Shown: positions 39,810-54,046, numbered from the stretch's first letter. The stretch is 64,000 nt of DNA from Dimorphilus gyrociliatus (GCA_904063045.1 CAJFCJ010000019.1:1106570-1170569); one strand, 5' to 3'. Notes: generated from the sequence alone by a model not told the origin. A program made the numbers and translations.

Positions 39810-41137
39810 CTATAAAAAAAAGTAAATTATTGTGGTAAAACTTTATGGAAAGACGAGTGTCAATGGCGGCTCACAGGCAAGTGACTTTCCTGTTTGCTCT
39901 TAATTACATGCCTAAGGACTTGAGTTGTAAAGAATCAAGCTGAAACAGTACGTACAGAGATACAAATCATTTCAAATGTATATGCTTGTAACTACACAGT
40001 TTGTTAATAATTTACTCATTCACCTTTCCTTAATTAATAATGATAACTAATATTATTAGTTTCTGTTGCCAAATATATAAAATGTATTCATTGTTACTTC
40101 CATCGTTCTTTTTCACTTTACCTCTCCTAAAAAACCAATAACATCTTTTACATCTTTTTGTTTTCACTTATTTTTATATAAACAGTCTTTAATGCCTCTT
40201 ATAGAAATACAATACAATACGCTTTTTAGAAATTAACAAAGTTTTCATATTCCATTGAATATCTTACAAACAAATCACAACCTTCCTTTTTCCAAGTATC
40301 AATGCGACGATCTATGAGACCGGTACAGAAGATGTCCGTGATAATCTATAACCAGATATAAACTGTATTAAGTACATATTGACAACTTTCTACCCGGTTG
40401 CACATATATTCTAACGTACAGAAAAAAATTATTTACTTATCTACTATTACTTATTACCCTCTTAATATTACTAATTATTCATTTACATTATTTCAAGATA
40501 TATTAAGCCTACTTGTAATTCCGGAAATATGATTATAGGCCAATGACAAAATCAAATTTATACTTAGGGTAATTTAAGAATATGTTTCTTTTTTCTCAGT
40601 ATAACAAGTATTTTTTATTTGCACTTTACACAAAGAGTATCAGTTCGAAGCGTAAAAGAAATCCTTTTATTCTATTCGCTTTCTATTTTTATATATATTC
40701 TTAAACTAAGTTTATTCTCTTTTCGATTTGGCCTAAGAAACTAAGGGAAGAATGAATGAAATCAAAAAGAAAAGAATTTTTAATTTTGATTTTTTTTAAA
40801 AAAAAAAAAGATATTAATAGCGTTTTCATATAGATACTGTATATATATATACTAATATATATGCTCTGTATATGCGAATAGTATAAAGTTTCAAAACCTA
40901 AATTTAATTAAGAAAGAATTAGGGATGTAATTAATTAAGTAAACGATAATTAGATGTAAACTTTTGATTTGTTAGTCGACTTTTTCCCAACGATTTAAGT
41001 GATTAAAGCGCAAAAACTGTTAAAACAATTACATAATATATGAAAATTACAAAAGGGGCGAGAGAAGAAGGAAAAACACTCTCAAAGGATAATTGATACA
41101 CTATTTTAGTTTATGTTTTATTCCTACATTCTATTTA

Positions 41138-44128
41138 TCATTTTTCTTTGATATTATTATGTCTTTCTTCTTCAAGTGTGTCTGCCATACTTCCGGTTGT
41201 TATAGGCTGTTCATTTTCTGTTAATATGACATTAATGTTTGAATTATTTTGATCCCACAACCAATTTTCAATTTTTTTGGATCTTTTATGCATAAATTTA
41301 ATTTTCATATGAATTAATTGCTTTTTAATAGTTTCTAGTTCGTCTAATATTTTCTCCTCTTTTCCCGTTGATCTTCTCTTTTTCTCCTCTTTCCGACATT
41401 CGTTCAAGATTTTCCGCCAAAATTTTTTACCGTTTGACATCCGACAAGCTAAAGGACGTTGAAAGCGAATATGATTCGGGTTTGTGCAAAGATACTGCTG
41501 ATGATTTAGATAGGTTTCATTTTGATTAAATTGACGATTTTGCGATTCAGTATCGTTTAACTGATGAATAGCTGGCGGTTGTGTGGGTTTTAAATCAACG
41601 ACACGTGGTTTAATTGTTTCTCCACCGTCAGTTTCCTGTTTAACAATTATTTCTATCTTTGTTGGAGAAATGTCAAGTTGACGCTGATGTTGATAACATT
41701 TACATTTACTTCGACAGTGCCTTTTTTTCATACAGTTCGCTTCTGCTTGATCAATCAAATTTTGTATAAAAGAGGCGGTAACTTTAGGGCTATTTTCTAC
41801 CTCTTCTGTAGCGTTTTCTCGATTCAAGTGTGAACTTTGCTCTTCTTCTTCGTCTAATACCTGCTTTCCGTTATTTAAATAATGCTTCTTAGCTTCTAAT
41901 CTATTCATAACGTGACGAACAATTCCATCTTCCTCTAGTTGATAAGCTTCGGGAGATTTAAGTGTTGATTTGACATCATCGAAAATTCTATTTAGCACCT
42001 CTTTTATTCTATTGTTTCCATCTGTCGTTTTGTTAGACGCATGCTTAATAGACGGTGACCTAAGCTCATTTAGCTTAATATTTGAATCCATTTCGTATTG
42101 CTCGTCCGAACTCAGAGCTCGATTTTGAAATTGAGAGAATTTCTGAAAAGATTTCACTTTATAAATATCAAGAGAGTCTATTACTTTTGGCCAATGAATT
42201 TTTGATATACTAGACGATTTATTCTTATTAATTAAATTTGGTTGTTGAGTCCAAACTGATTCTAAATCAACGAGAGGACCAATAATAAGATCTTTCACTT
42301 TCGTTGGCTGATAATTAGAGGGTTGGATTTCTTCTTCTCGAGTTGAAGTACAACGTGATAATCTCCTTTTTGCCTCCTGGGCGGCAACTTTTGTTAGTAT
42401 TTCTTCGTCTTGCTTATAATCTGTTTTTGTCTCAACGGGTGCAATAATCTCTTCAACAAAGCCCGATCTAGAGGGTTTAATACTAAATTCGTCCTTTGAG
42501 CTATTGGGTTGAGGATCACTACTATTCACTTTATTGTTATTATTGTTTTGACCATATTGAAATAAATCATTCAAACTTCTAATTGACTCGAGTATCTCAC
42601 TCTCTTGAATAAAATCTTTTTGATTTACTGCTCTTAACTGATTAGGTACTTGCAATAAATCAATTGTACCATTCCAGGGTTCATCTCCACTATAACGCCA
42701 TCTTCTGGATTTCATCACCTCGTCAAACGATGAATTTTTCGGGCACCTTTCCCGTCTACGTTGCCTAACCGATTTGCATAGAGAACGTAATCGTTGATGA
42801 TTATTGCTGCAGGTGTTAGCAGGTGTCAGCAGCCATTCTAAAGTCATTTGTTGTTTATGATTACGATTACGATTATGATTATGACCGCGATTATTGCTAT
42901 TGTTATTGTTCGGGTTAATATTCTTTAATCGTTCAATAAAATTCCTTAGAGCCGTTGATAGGTACGCGTCATTCATTCGTCTTTTAAGTAAATTAAACCG
43001 AAAAGGGACGCTATACAAGCGATTTTCTTTTTCCATTGAGGGAAACCAATTACAACGATATATTGGATGTTCTGTTGATTGTTTGTACTTCATCTTTCTG
43101 GGCAGTAAATCTTTAAAAATTCGTTTCCTACTACTTATTTTTCGTTGATTTTGATTGGTTAGTTTGTCAATTTTGCCGTCGGCGGATGTATTAAGTTCCG
43201 TCGAGCTAATTTGACTGCTAGTCGATATGCCAGAATGCGAACGATGTCGTTTCACATAATTTCCTGCTTTGTGTTCACTAGACAAACATTCATACGTCTC
43301 GATTTCCTTTGAACAAATTTCCGTGCATGTGTAGCCACACCGTTCGCAATTTTTCAATTCATCCTCCGAATTCCAGATAAAGTTTACATCTCTTGCGTCA
43401 TCACCTTTAGCCTTCTCTCTCATATTCTTTTCATTCCGTTTACGCATTTTATTAAAATAATCTGGTTTTTGGTCGCCTTGAGCGTTTTCTTCCAATAGAG
43501 TTTGCGTGTATTTGTTCAATTTCCTTTGAATAGCTCGCTCAGGAACTTTATGCTCAATTTTATCTTTCGACGATCTTGCAATAACAGTTAAATGATCTAA
43601 TAATTCTTTAGCTATTTCTCTAGTAATCTTTCCATTATCTTTATTTAAATTTAAACAACCCTCCAAATCTGTTTTCTTCTGAAATTCTTTAATTATTCGA
43701 TCGGTGGTTACATCATTCAATTCTTTACAGGTGAGAATAACTAGAGGATAAAGATTACTTTCCCGCCGAGGCTTACCCAGGGCAATCGCTCTATTCGGTT
43801 GATTAACCTTCAATAAGTTCTCCCATGACTTAGCCGCCTTCGTTCGTGGCGAAGTTTGTTTATGTTTGAATTGTTTGTTGAATAATTTATCAACACAATA
43901 TGTCGAGGCGAGTGGGCAGTTAACAGTTCCAAGAGTTCTATCCTTAGTTGGATTTGTCTCTTTAGTCCTAATCAAATTGGATATGTTGCTATAACCCCGT
44001 TCCCTTATGGGTATATATTTCTTATTTTCCTTATAAATTTGTGGGTCATAGGCCTTAGTATAAGCACAATTAAATGGTTGTTTACGATTTTTTCTCCAAT
44101 TAGTACGGGCAATCTTACGTAACATCAT
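41138..44128 (-). CDS. Uncharacterised intronless 996-aa protein
   Basis: An uninterrupted 2991-nt ORF in AT-rich DNA is very unlikely by chance. Rich in K/N/E/Q/R, with small Cys clusters (CERCGYTCTEIC; CMKKRHCRSKCKC) and a C-terminal coiled-coil-like segment. No domain recognised. Confidence 0.85.
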   Translation of the reverse strand: MMLRKIARTNWRKNRKQPFNCAYTKAYDPQIYKENKKYIPIRERGYSNISNLIRTKETNPTKDRTLGTVNCPLASTYCVDKLFNKQFKHKQTSPRTKAAKSWENLLKVNQPNRAIALGKPRRESNLYPLVILTCKELNDVTTDRIIKEFQKKTDLEGCLNLNKDNGKITREIAKELLDHLTVIARSSKDKIEHKVPERAIQRKLNKYTQTLLEENAQGDQKPDYFNKMRKRNEKNMREKAKGDDARDVNFIWNSEDELKNCERCGYTCTEICSKEIETYECLSSEHKAGNYVKRHRSHSGISTSSQISSTELNTSADGKIDKLTNQNQRKISSRKRIFKDLLPRKMKYKQSTEHPIYRCNWFPSMEKENRLYSVPFRFNLLKRRMNDAYLSTALRNFIERLKNINPNNNNSNNRGHNHNRNRNHKQQMTLEWLLTPANTCSNNHQRLRSLCKSVRQRRRERCPKNSSFDEVMKSRRWRYSGDEPWNGTIDLLQVPNQLRAVNQKDFIQESEILESIRSLNDLFQYGQNNNNNKVNSSDPQPNSSKDEFSIKPSRSGFVEEIIAPVETKTDYKQDEEILTKVAAQEAKRRLSRCTSTREEEIQPSNYQPTKVKDLIIGPLVDLESVWTQQPNLINKNKSSSISKIHWPKVIDSLDIYKVKSFQKFSQFQNRALSSDEQYEMDSNIKLNELRSPSIKHASNKTTDGNNRIKEVLNRIFDDVKSTLKSPEAYQLEEDGIVRHVMNRLEAKKHYLNNGKQVLDEEEEQSSHLNRENATEEVENSPKVTASFIQNLIDQAEANCMKKRHCRSKCKCYQHQRQLDISPTKIEIIVKQETDGGETIKPRVVDLKPTQPPAIHQLNDTESQNRQFNQNETYLNHQQYLCTNPNHIRFQRPLACRMSNGKKFWRKILNECRKEEKKRRSTGKEEKILDELETIKKQLIHMKIKFMHKRSKKIENWLWDQNNSNINVILTENEQPITTGSMADTLEEERHNNIKEK

Positions 44129-45313
44129 TAATTATTTAGGTATATACATTATCTTTTATGTTGTATCAAAGTTTACACAATTATTCACATACTTAGATAT
44201 TCAAATATGTATTTATATTCCTTTTTAAAAGTATTATTGATTTGTCTTTTTTTTTTTTTATTCAAAATCTTCACCAAAGAATTGTTTCTTTTCATTCTCT
44301 CTTTTAAATAAATCGCCCCATTTCTTTGTCCTTTTATTCGCTTTTTACTCCGGCTTCGTTAAGTACTGCAGAAAAAAACCCTCTCGGGCTTTATTTTTAT
44401 GACGTCATTCAGATTTAACTTCTTTTCTTTGCTGACCTCGTATAAGCGTAGAACGAGTAAATATAACTTTTCCCCTCTTCTGACTAATCCGCCATTGTCC
44501 ACCACTTCCTTCTTCACCTTTTATCACCCCCTATTCCTTTCGTGGTCGGCTAACGTTAAATTCAAGATGTCCTCGATAAATTAAGCGGGTCAACGTCGAT
44601 TTTTATTGATCAGCCTTGATTTTTTATTGGTTCTTACTTTTAGGTTTGTCGACCTATTCGGAAGTGCACAACTCTAATGTCTGTGTTTTTGTTAAGTCGA
44701 TAGATCTCTCAGTCATCCTTTAAGAGTTTATGAAACGGATGACAGATGGTGTAACACACATTATTTAAAGAAGAAACTTATATTACATTTGTAGACGACT
44801 TACAGATGGCGTCACTATTACAGCAAAGGATTAGACGTCGATATTCATGATTGAACACCAGCGTTCGTTATAATTGAACGCCCTTCCTCCTTATTCTCCT
44901 TTTCAACTTTCTCTTTCTTTCTTTCTATCAGATTATTTACCGATAGTATTTTCTTATATTCAGAGTGTATGTTTTCTACCCATTCTACAACTAATTACTA
45001 CTAAAGCCTTTGAAAGAAAAAGCTGATAGTATTGTAAAATAAGCATATGAATCTCTTTCTCAGTACTACCATTCAATGTGGTCATAGAATTTGTAAAAAT
45101 TTTTGATGCGGGATTACCATTTCTTACTAAGGTGAATAATACGACTATTTAACAACTAATTTAATAGAAATTATGCCCCACTGAATCCTTTATACGCTAA
45201 TCGTTCACCATTTGGAAAATGTAGTTGTCCGGAAGTGTTCTAGAAGGCTGCTATTTTCCCGCCTTTGCCCGAAGCGAAGCGAATTGCGCTAATCCAATTC
45301 GAACAGTTGCCCG

Positions 45314-45350
45314 CTTTGTAAAACTGTTGCTTTGAACGTGAAACTTTGAA
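45314..45350 (+). promoter_or_regulatory. Cluster of three TCF/LEF-type motifs upstream of FoxA
   Basis: CTTTGTA 45314-45320, CTTTGAA 45330-45336, CTTTGAA 45344-45350, all in one orientation; ETS motif CCGGAAGT about 85 bp upstream. Confidence 0.4.
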
Positions 45351-48024
45351 TGAAAAAACAACAAGCGTCGCATTGTACAGTAAAGCATTATACATGTGAG
45401 CAAACATATACCGCAATAGGAGTCGCGGCCATCTGTAAAATTCGATTTCCTTTATAGCTTCATACTGCAAAGAGTAGCGTATGAATAAAAAAAAATGAAA
45501 AAAAAAGAGTATATACTAAGAGTGGTATTAGAGTAACACAGTAAAAGATTGAATATAACTGAAGTAATCCGTTTATGGCGAGTGGACATTTTGTTTACAA
45601 AGGCCTAAGCTTAGAGTTTGTCTATAGGTTGAGTAAAGCAAACGGGTGGCCGAGTTCTTATGAAATGAAGTGTGAACGTTGAACACCTGCGACGCGAGCA
45701 CCTAAATCCTTACCCTACGGCCATTTTCTGAATGCAAAAAAAAAGAGAGCAGTGCGTTAAATACTGTCGATAATTATTCGTAAGAAACCTGCATACAGTG
45801 TCTGTTGACCGAGGCTATAGCTCATACAAACAAGAGCTTGAATAGAAACTCAAACAATCGTCTTCATAATGTACGCGTTTGATTGTAAGGAAAATTACAT
45901 TGCTAATATTTGCAATTTGTTGGCGCGGTAAATTTACACTGTCTTTATAGTACGATGATGCGTTTGTCAACAGTTTGACGCTAATTAAATGAGCCGGCGG
46001 ACGATTAAAGACGACTCGTGCCGATTTCAATCCGTTGTTACACGTTTTAGGCGCCGTTAGTTTTTATTATAAGCCAAGTCTCGGCTTGAACGACAATTAT
46101 TATTGTGAGAGCCCATATCTTTTCGCTCTTAATACGACTGCTCTGACCTTAATCCTTAATTCGCTTTTATTTTTTTTTCACATATAAAAAAAGATATCGG
46201 TTAGGTACTTTATTTCTTTATTATTCTATTAATTCCTCAGATATTGTCCTTTTCTCTGTCTTTCTCCGTTTTCTCACTCCTTTTCATTATAAATTATATA
46301 TACACCTACTTTTTATTATTCAATTTTTTTCTTCTTACCAGTTTTTCCATAAATATTTTATGCATTCCTCTTAATCGATTTTTATTCTTTGAATAGACGA
46401 AAAAAATGAGAATCTTAGCAAAAAAAAAATAACGCAACAAACTTCTTTAAAAAAGCCGCTAGGAATTCATTCCCGCCCCTAGCCTCTCCTCGCATCCTTC
46501 TTTGGCCAGCCAGGCATGAAAGCCGCACTCTAACCGCCTTTCAAACGTACTATTTTCCAAATTGTTTGCATTTCTTATCAAATCATTGGACCTTAGGTGA
46601 GCCACACAGATTCTTTTTATTGCCGCTATTGTACTCTTAATAGGCCTGAACCTTAAGAACATCTCTACAATTATTTGATGTGGCGATTTTAACACGTTAA
46701 TCTTCTCAAAGGAAAAAGAATGAATAAAGTGGAGAGGGAGGAAGAGAAAAGAGAGTTTATCAAAGTAAAAATGTTTAAGGAACAGATATATATATACAGA
46801 GTACATATTTTTTATTTATATACAGTATATAAGTCTCTTTTTATGTATATTTATACATCTAATATCTTATAGCAAACCTTAAATATCTATTGTAAAAATT
46901 TACTTAATCGTTACAAATACAACAAACACAGAGTATACTGTGTTTATTAAGAATATTGAGAGTATAGTAAACTATTTATTGTTTTTAAATAAATGTAATT
47001 GTATTTGTTGTTGTTATTGTTATTGTTGTTATTTTGTTTTTTTCTTTCAAGTATATTTATATATGTAACCAATGTAATTAACTAGTATTTGTTATACATA
47101 ATAAATAGTTATATGGCTGACGTTAAAATCTTGTTATTATGATTGTAGTGATCGTATAACAATGTTCCCATTTAATATCAATTTGTATACGTCAAAATCG
47201 TTCAAACGAGGAAATAGGCGGATTTGTAAAATTTTACGACTGTACACATTGCGGCGATTAGAAAAGCGAAACGGCGTCAATTGGTTCGACTCTGTATATA
47301 AGTAAATGAGGCGTAATTTACAAATAAAGAATTGTGAAGGTTCTGTTTGCCTGAGCTAAACAGCATTCTCCGTCGCCTCCATACAACAAGTAAATTCGAA
47401 TGTCAACAAAATGTTCGAACGTAGCGGGAGCGAACAAATAAACAACGTTCATTCGGCGGCGAGGAGGCAGAGCAAAAGCTTCTTCCTTGAGACACACCAA
47501 TATCTTGTGACTATTGATCGCCTTCGATTTTTATATGTCGTCAGGTGAGCGTGTATAGACAGATTTCTGTTGTTCACATTTCACACTTTTCTCTGTCAGT
47601 TTCATTCTATTATTTTTCTTATTTTCTTTAGTTGAACGCCCTTAGAACGGGTTCATTTTGTGCGGATATTTTAAATAAGGGAGATAACTCTAGAAGAGAA
47701 CCTTCCCTCCAAAGTATGTGGGCGTTATAGTACAAGTTATAGGCGTATTTGGGTGGAGCGGTTTTTCTTGTCGGCTAGTTCAAAGTACTGACGTCTAGTT
47801 AGTCTGAAGTGAGATCGATGGCGAACGCTTGACAAACGACACGTTGCTGACGTCGCACCTGCGCGACTCGCCGCTAATCCAAAGTCGCGGCTACAATGCG
47901 GCGGAAAAGCACTCTCAAATGCGAGCTTTTCGCCACACCTGCCCCTGGCCTCAATTGATCCAAGTTGGCGGAGTGATCTTCACCCGATTTTCGTCCTTAT
48001 CATCATTATGTTTCGATTGCCCTT

Positions 48025-48038
48025 TCGCCAGATGGCAG
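48025..48038 (+). promoter_or_regulatory. CTCF-like motif in the FoxA upstream CpG-rich region
   Basis: TCGCCAGATGGCAG, 13/14 to CCRSYAGRKGGCRS; overlaps the E-box CAGATG. Confidence 0.4.
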
Positions 48039-48846
48039 CACGAAACTTTGCAAACAATGACCGCACCTGGTTTGTTGATGAAAGTTGCAGCTATTCTCTA
48101 TAGCGTATAAGCGAGCCTATATAGCCGCGAGTGGCTACACCATCAAGAGAACAAAAGCCTCGCTAGATTGCTGTTTACCTGGCAAACACGTCCTCGTCAC
48201 ATTTTGCACTGAAGCGCCAAAAGCCTCGCTATCGTGAGACTGTGTGCGGGCGAATGTTGTTCGATTTTTGTCCGTATTTTTTCTATCGCTTCCACTTTAT
48301 ATTTTCTTTTTGAGTATAGCCTACGCGCGAATAAAAATTGCACGCTCGCGCGCATCATTATTACGAGCATATTGAGATAAGTCGTTTCATTGTTAAAACG
48401 CCTTTGATCTTGAACCGACGCGGATTTAGCAGCCGACTAGGAATGTATGAGGGATGGAAACGCTTTTCGTGCCATTCCTTATTCATATCAGTTATATTAT
48501 CGCCATTGTCTTCGCAGGCGAATACATAATAGCAAGTAATATTAAGGTTCCGTCCTGATAAGCTGCTATTGGCCAACAAAGATGGTCAACTAAGATTTAG
48601 ATTTTTTTCAAATGTTCTTTTTCAAAAGGAAAGAGAAATGCAGTACGTTAAAATAAGCTTCTCATTGGTTGGGAGGAGCATAGTTTCTGGTCAGTGATTG
48701 GCTACCTTGTTTACAGGAAGTGTAAGGCGGAGTCTATGACGTTTGAATGGCGCTTCGCCTTGTGTCGCGGCAAATAACGTTCGGACTTCGAAGAGACAAC
48801 GTGGCTTATCTCGGACTTTGAAAGACTTTTTATCTAGGCCTATAGA

Positions 48847-50142
48847 ATGCTGACGGCAAAGCCGACCTATGAAAGTTCGACAGGCGCTTCGAATACACTC
48901 ACGTATTCCTCATATTCTCCTATGTCTACGCCGAACCTTACTCCTATGAGTGCACCAATGCCGCCCTCTATGTCTTATCATGGTCAGGCACCAATGGGTG
49001 CCATGGGAGGTATGAACTCGATGTGCGGTATGACCGGTATGAGCAGCATGGGAATGATGAGCGGAGGAATGGCTTCACCGATGAACGGCTCGTTTGGAGC
49101 GTCTCCCTCAGCTCCAGGCTCAATGATGGCTCCTCAACCGGGTAGTATGTCACCCATGAGCATGGAACGCATGCAGGCGCTAAATAGGGCACGCGAGAAG
49201 ACTTATCGCCGATCCTATACTCACGCAAAACCGCCATACTCCTATATCTCGCTCATAACTATGGCTATTCAACAAAGTCACAATAAAATGTGTACCTTGA
49301 GCGAAATTTATCAGTTTATAATGGATCTGTTTCCTTTCTACCGTCAAAACCAGCAACGTTGGCAGAACTCGATCAGGCACTCGCTCTCATTTAATGACTG
49401 TTTTGTCAAAGTTCCACGTTCTCCCGATAGGCCGGGAAAAGGGTCATACTGGACTCTCCACCCGGATTCGGGTAATATGTTTGAAAACGGATGTTACTTA
49501 CGTCGGCAAAAACGCTTTAAAGACCCAAAAAAAGAGGCTCTCAGACAAGCGCAACGCGCATCGGGCGTCGATGAACACGGAAATCCTTTACCGGACGACG
49601 AAGATGACAATCACGACGGTGGCGAACACTCTTCGCCGGAAAAAGATGATTGTGAATCAGGAGGACCGGGGCCGCAAACTCATCAGCCGCATCAACAACT
49701 GCAGCCAAATAATAGCGCCGTTCACGACGGCTATTTAATGGGATCGACTCTACACGATCTAGCCGGAGATGGACCTACTGGACAACCAATGCAAGGTAAT
49801 CCCGAATGTGGTGTAGCAACAAAACAGGAACCTCCCTCTGTAACTTCACCACACGATACAGATCTCGCTCTACGTCAACAAATGGTCTCCATGTCGGAGC
49901 TTCAGCATCCGGGCATGTTGAACGCCTTTAATCACCCATTTTCGATAACGAACATTATTTCGTCTGCTGAACAAGCCAAATTAGACCTGCGAATGTACGA
50001 CATGCAAGCGTATCATCCGTCGAATTACGCCCCAAACGCTTCAACAGCAGGTCCAATAACGAAGGATTGTTTAGGAAATGGCCAGAACGTCTCCCCCATG
50101 CACGATTATTATAAATCATACGCCGGTCCGCAACCTCTCTAG
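48847..50142 (+). CDS. FoxA: Forkhead box A (HNF3/forkhead)
   Basis: Single-exon 431 aa. Forkhead domain [22 protein letters not shown]...[18 protein letters not shown]...[17 protein letters not shown] and the C-terminal FoxA region II/eh1 motif [11 protein letters not shown]. Confidence 0.98.
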   Translation: MLTAKPTYESSTGASNTLTYSSYSPMSTPNLTPMSAPMPPSMSYHGQAPMGAMGGMNSMCGMTGMSSMGMMSGGMASPMNGSFGASPSAPGSMMAPQPGSMSPMSMERMQALNRAREKTYRRSYTHAKPPYSYISLITMAIQQSHNKMCTLSEIYQFIMDLFPFYRQNQQRWQNSIRHSLSFNDCFVKVPRSPDRPGKGSYWTLHPDSGNMFENGCYLRRQKRFKDPKKEALRQAQRASGVDEHGNPLPDDEDDNHDGGEHSSPEKDDCESGGPGPQTHQPHQQLQPNNSAVHDGYLMGSTLHDLAGDGPTGQPMQGNPECGVATKQEPPSVTSPHDTDLALRQQMVSMSELQHPGMLNAFNHPFSITNIISSAEQAKLDLRMYDMQAYHPSNYAPNASTAGPITKDCLGNGQNVSPMHDYYKSYAGPQPL

Positions 50143-50704
50143 GAAGAATGGCGAATAGAACTGCTTCTCTCGTCTGTGATGTTCTCTCGCTGGCGCAACA
50201 TTGGCGGTAATCTCGAAAAAATTTTTTGTATACACTTTTTTTTCTATTAATATTATATAAATAATAATTGCATGCATGTGTGCAGGCGCGCTGTCGTGTA
50301 TATATATTTCACCTGTATTCATATATTTATACATATGTATATACATACATATAAATACGGATAATGAGACTAACCCATACGTATTTATATGTATTCTATA
50401 CATAATATAAATATCTATGTATAGATTGTAAGAAAATTGATAATGTCGATCTAGTTACCTAAATTTTGTGGTTACTTCGACGACATACTTCGTAATCATT
50501 CCAAAAAGACCAGTCAATTTTTTAAATATATATATATATATATGCAGTACATATATTTAGTATATAGATATCTATATGTATATATATATAAACTAATATA
50601 TATATATATATGTATATATATTTAAATCGTGTACAATGCTTAAACGTTTACGTATATTTATATAGATCATAAGAAGAATTGTATATTTTTTACTTATTAA
50701 AATA

Positions 50705-50735
<31 letters not shown>

Positions 50736-53700
50736 TATATTATATATATATATATATATCCGAAAGAAAATTTGCGTCTATTTATGTCTGAAGAATTACG
50801 CTAAGATCAAATGCAACACCTGGGCGCGCGTAGCTAAGCGGGGGGTACATTGTACTTGATCGTTGTACATAAACTTGGTACGATTACCTCCATAGCGGTA
50901 ATTAATTGGCCATACTTGTATAATTACAACCGAAAATACTCTCCATTTTGTTGATTGAATTATTGGCCTAAAGAGCAAATCTTTTTCCCCCCTTATAAAT
51001 AACTGCCAGATAAATTCACCTAATATTGTATTATTCACACATTCACAGTATAGATACAATACAAGAGCTAAAATGGCATTCAGTTTTCGAATTTCGCCAT
51101 TATGAAAAGTACAGTGGCTGGCTACGACAAATGCACTATATACAATTCTGAATTATGTTGTTTTTAAGAATTTATTCCTAATTCCTCAGTATAACACCTG
51201 CGAAATTACTCCCTTCCCCCCCACTTCTCTCTCTCTCTCTGTCTCTTTCTCTCTGTCCCCTCCTAAACCATTCTTCTCTTTTCTTTTCTTTTATTCTTCC
51301 CCATAACACCTCGATTCTCTCATCTTTTTTTCCCGTTTAAATCGAATAAGATTAATTCTATCTTTCAATTTTCCTTTAGTATTATAAAAAAGACGTAAAT
51401 TTTTTTGCACAATATAAATTATATGCTGTTTATCTGCATCATTTTACAATATAAAGTCGTCCGTATAATATATAATATTTTTACTGCTTAAATGCAATCA
51501 ATTTGGAAATTTATGTGCAGTAAATATAAATATATATATATAATATGTATGTGTGTTCAAAAACCAAATATATATAATTTAATATATATTGGTATGTAGG
51601 GTTGTGTACGAAAATTTGTATATAGATTTTCTGTGTATATATATATATATATTAGATTTTCTTTCTGGTATATATATAATTGTTTTCTAGTGTTAATTTC
51701 ATACAATATACTAAAATATGTACTTCTACATGTAATTTGCAATAAATATATATATATATATTTATATATATATATATGTAACAACATAATTTCGTTATTT
51801 TTTCGTCCTATAGACCATAAAAGTCGATAAAAATGAAAGTTTTAATAAAAAATGTTAATATGAAGTACGAAAGAGTCTTTTTAAGAAAATTTTTTTCACA
51901 TAAATTTTGTGTATTTTTTTTTTTTTTTAAATTAAAAATTATGAATATTAAATTATATGAAATTATATAAAAGAACACCTAATAATTTACGCTTTCGATC
52001 AAATAAAGGTATCAAAGTCGAGAAATTAACACCGATAATTTGTCAAGGCGATTTTAAAGGTTTAGTAGAAAGAATTATAAAAGCGCAACGGTCCGTGAAA
52101 TTGCTAAGGAAAATACGACACTTTTGTACGTAGACGATATAGCGGTCAATATATATAAAGCATTGACGTTCTATTGCAAAAAAAAAAAAAAAATAACTCA
52201 GAGAGTCTTCGTTTCATATTTCTCTTCGCCATTTGGCTGCTCACATCTCGCCCCCTTCCCCTTCCCCTATATAAAGTTTGAAAGATGAGAGAGACGAGAT
52301 GAGTTGATGAAGGGAGCTGTAATAAAAAAAAAAGAAGAAAGGAGAGGAATAGGAGAAGGAGAAAGAGAAAGAGCTTGGAATATTACTTCTCTTCTCACGC
52401 CTTGCTCTAATCAGGTTGGAAGAGAAGGTCGAGCGGTTTGCAATCCGCTGTGTAAACATTCGACTGACTGATGTGTTCTGCCTCGAGCGGCTCCTCATCG
52501 CTTTTCTTCTTCCCGGTGCCCACATGACGTTCATTTTCACGAGTCAATGAATAAAGAGACGAGTTCGATATTTCCTATAATCGTTACAACTTCCTCGTAA
52601 TCGAATTTTTCTAAATTCGAAGCGATTGGCTCTTTTTATATTTGTAATAGATATATGAATAGTTGTCAATATATTTGTATTTATTTATAGTTCGCTATCA
52701 AAATGCATACATATATAAAAGCGCTTCTATAGGCCGATGAAAAAATGATACGCCGCCAATAAAAGCCGTTATATTTGATAATAAAATTTGCGGTTTTTTA
52801 AATTCTATGCGTTTGAACTTCAAACAAAAGCAATAAATGAATCTCTATCGTAATCGAGTACTTTGACATTTCTTCTATCAGCTTGATTGTAAAAGCTAAA
52901 GAGCGATTACTCTGATAACGCGTCTCCATCTTCGTTTTTTTTTATTTAAAAAACTTCTTCCTCTGTTTCTGTCTATCTATCTCACTTTATGTCTATCTGC
53001 CTATCTATATCTTCATATATATATTTATGTTTATTTATTTGAATATATACATACATACTGTATATATTCGTTTTTTTGTATCTGTGCGCATATAACCTCT
53101 ACCTTCTCGTTCTCTCTTTCCACTTTTCTTTCTGCCTCTCTCTGTCTCTTTATACCTGTTCGCTCCGAGTTTGTTTACAGCTAAGATTAAACGCTCGCTT
53201 GTAATAAAGTATATTGAGCCGTCAGTCTTAACGAGGGAATATAGGTTGCTAGGAAACATATCATCAATATATACGCGGTCTGCCTGCAATCTGGACGTCG
53301 CACCTGTTCTCACCTGCGTCTCGTTGATAAGAATATTCGTCGCACGCATGCGCGATGACCCGCTTTCCTCTCGCGGAACGCCTTTGTCCTTTTTATATGT
53401 ACGTATTGTTTATACAATGTGGACGCTGTCTTTCTTCTTTATAAAGCTATAAAAATATATACATATTTACGAATATATCTTTATAGAAATATATTTTAGA
53501 CTATTAAATAAAAATGAATATATATATATCTATATATACTGTATATATTTATATTTATATTTATATATATATATATATATATACAAATGTGTGTAAATTT
53601 TTATTATTTATGTATTTAATATACAAAAAAAATAGTGTATAAAGCTTATTATATTTATATGCGTTTTTCATTAAGCTATAATTATAAATATTCACTAGGA

Positions 53701-54005
53701 ATGATTTGTACTTAAAAAATGCTTTATTATTGGTGTTTTACCTCTTTTTCTTTTGTTCTTGTCATAAAATAGTCGTAATACGGAATAGTTAGTACTTTCT
53801 GATAAGAAATGAATAAGCTTTAAGTAAAATAATATACGAAAGTACAATAAAACGAGCTTTTGTTTTTGGTCTGGTATCTTGAATACGTAAATATAAATAA
53901 AATATATATATAAATATATGTTTATATGTTTATATATACGTATAATATAATGTAATAAAAATAATATATATATATATATATTTGTGCCTTTATATACAGG
54001 ATGCA

Positions 54006-54046
<41 letters not shown>

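Noticed and set aside
52260-52280. TATA-like CTATATAAAG after a C-rich stretch downstream of FoxA (possible lncRNA promoter)
   Set aside because: TATA-like words are ubiquitous in this TA-rich sequence; no supporting transcript features.
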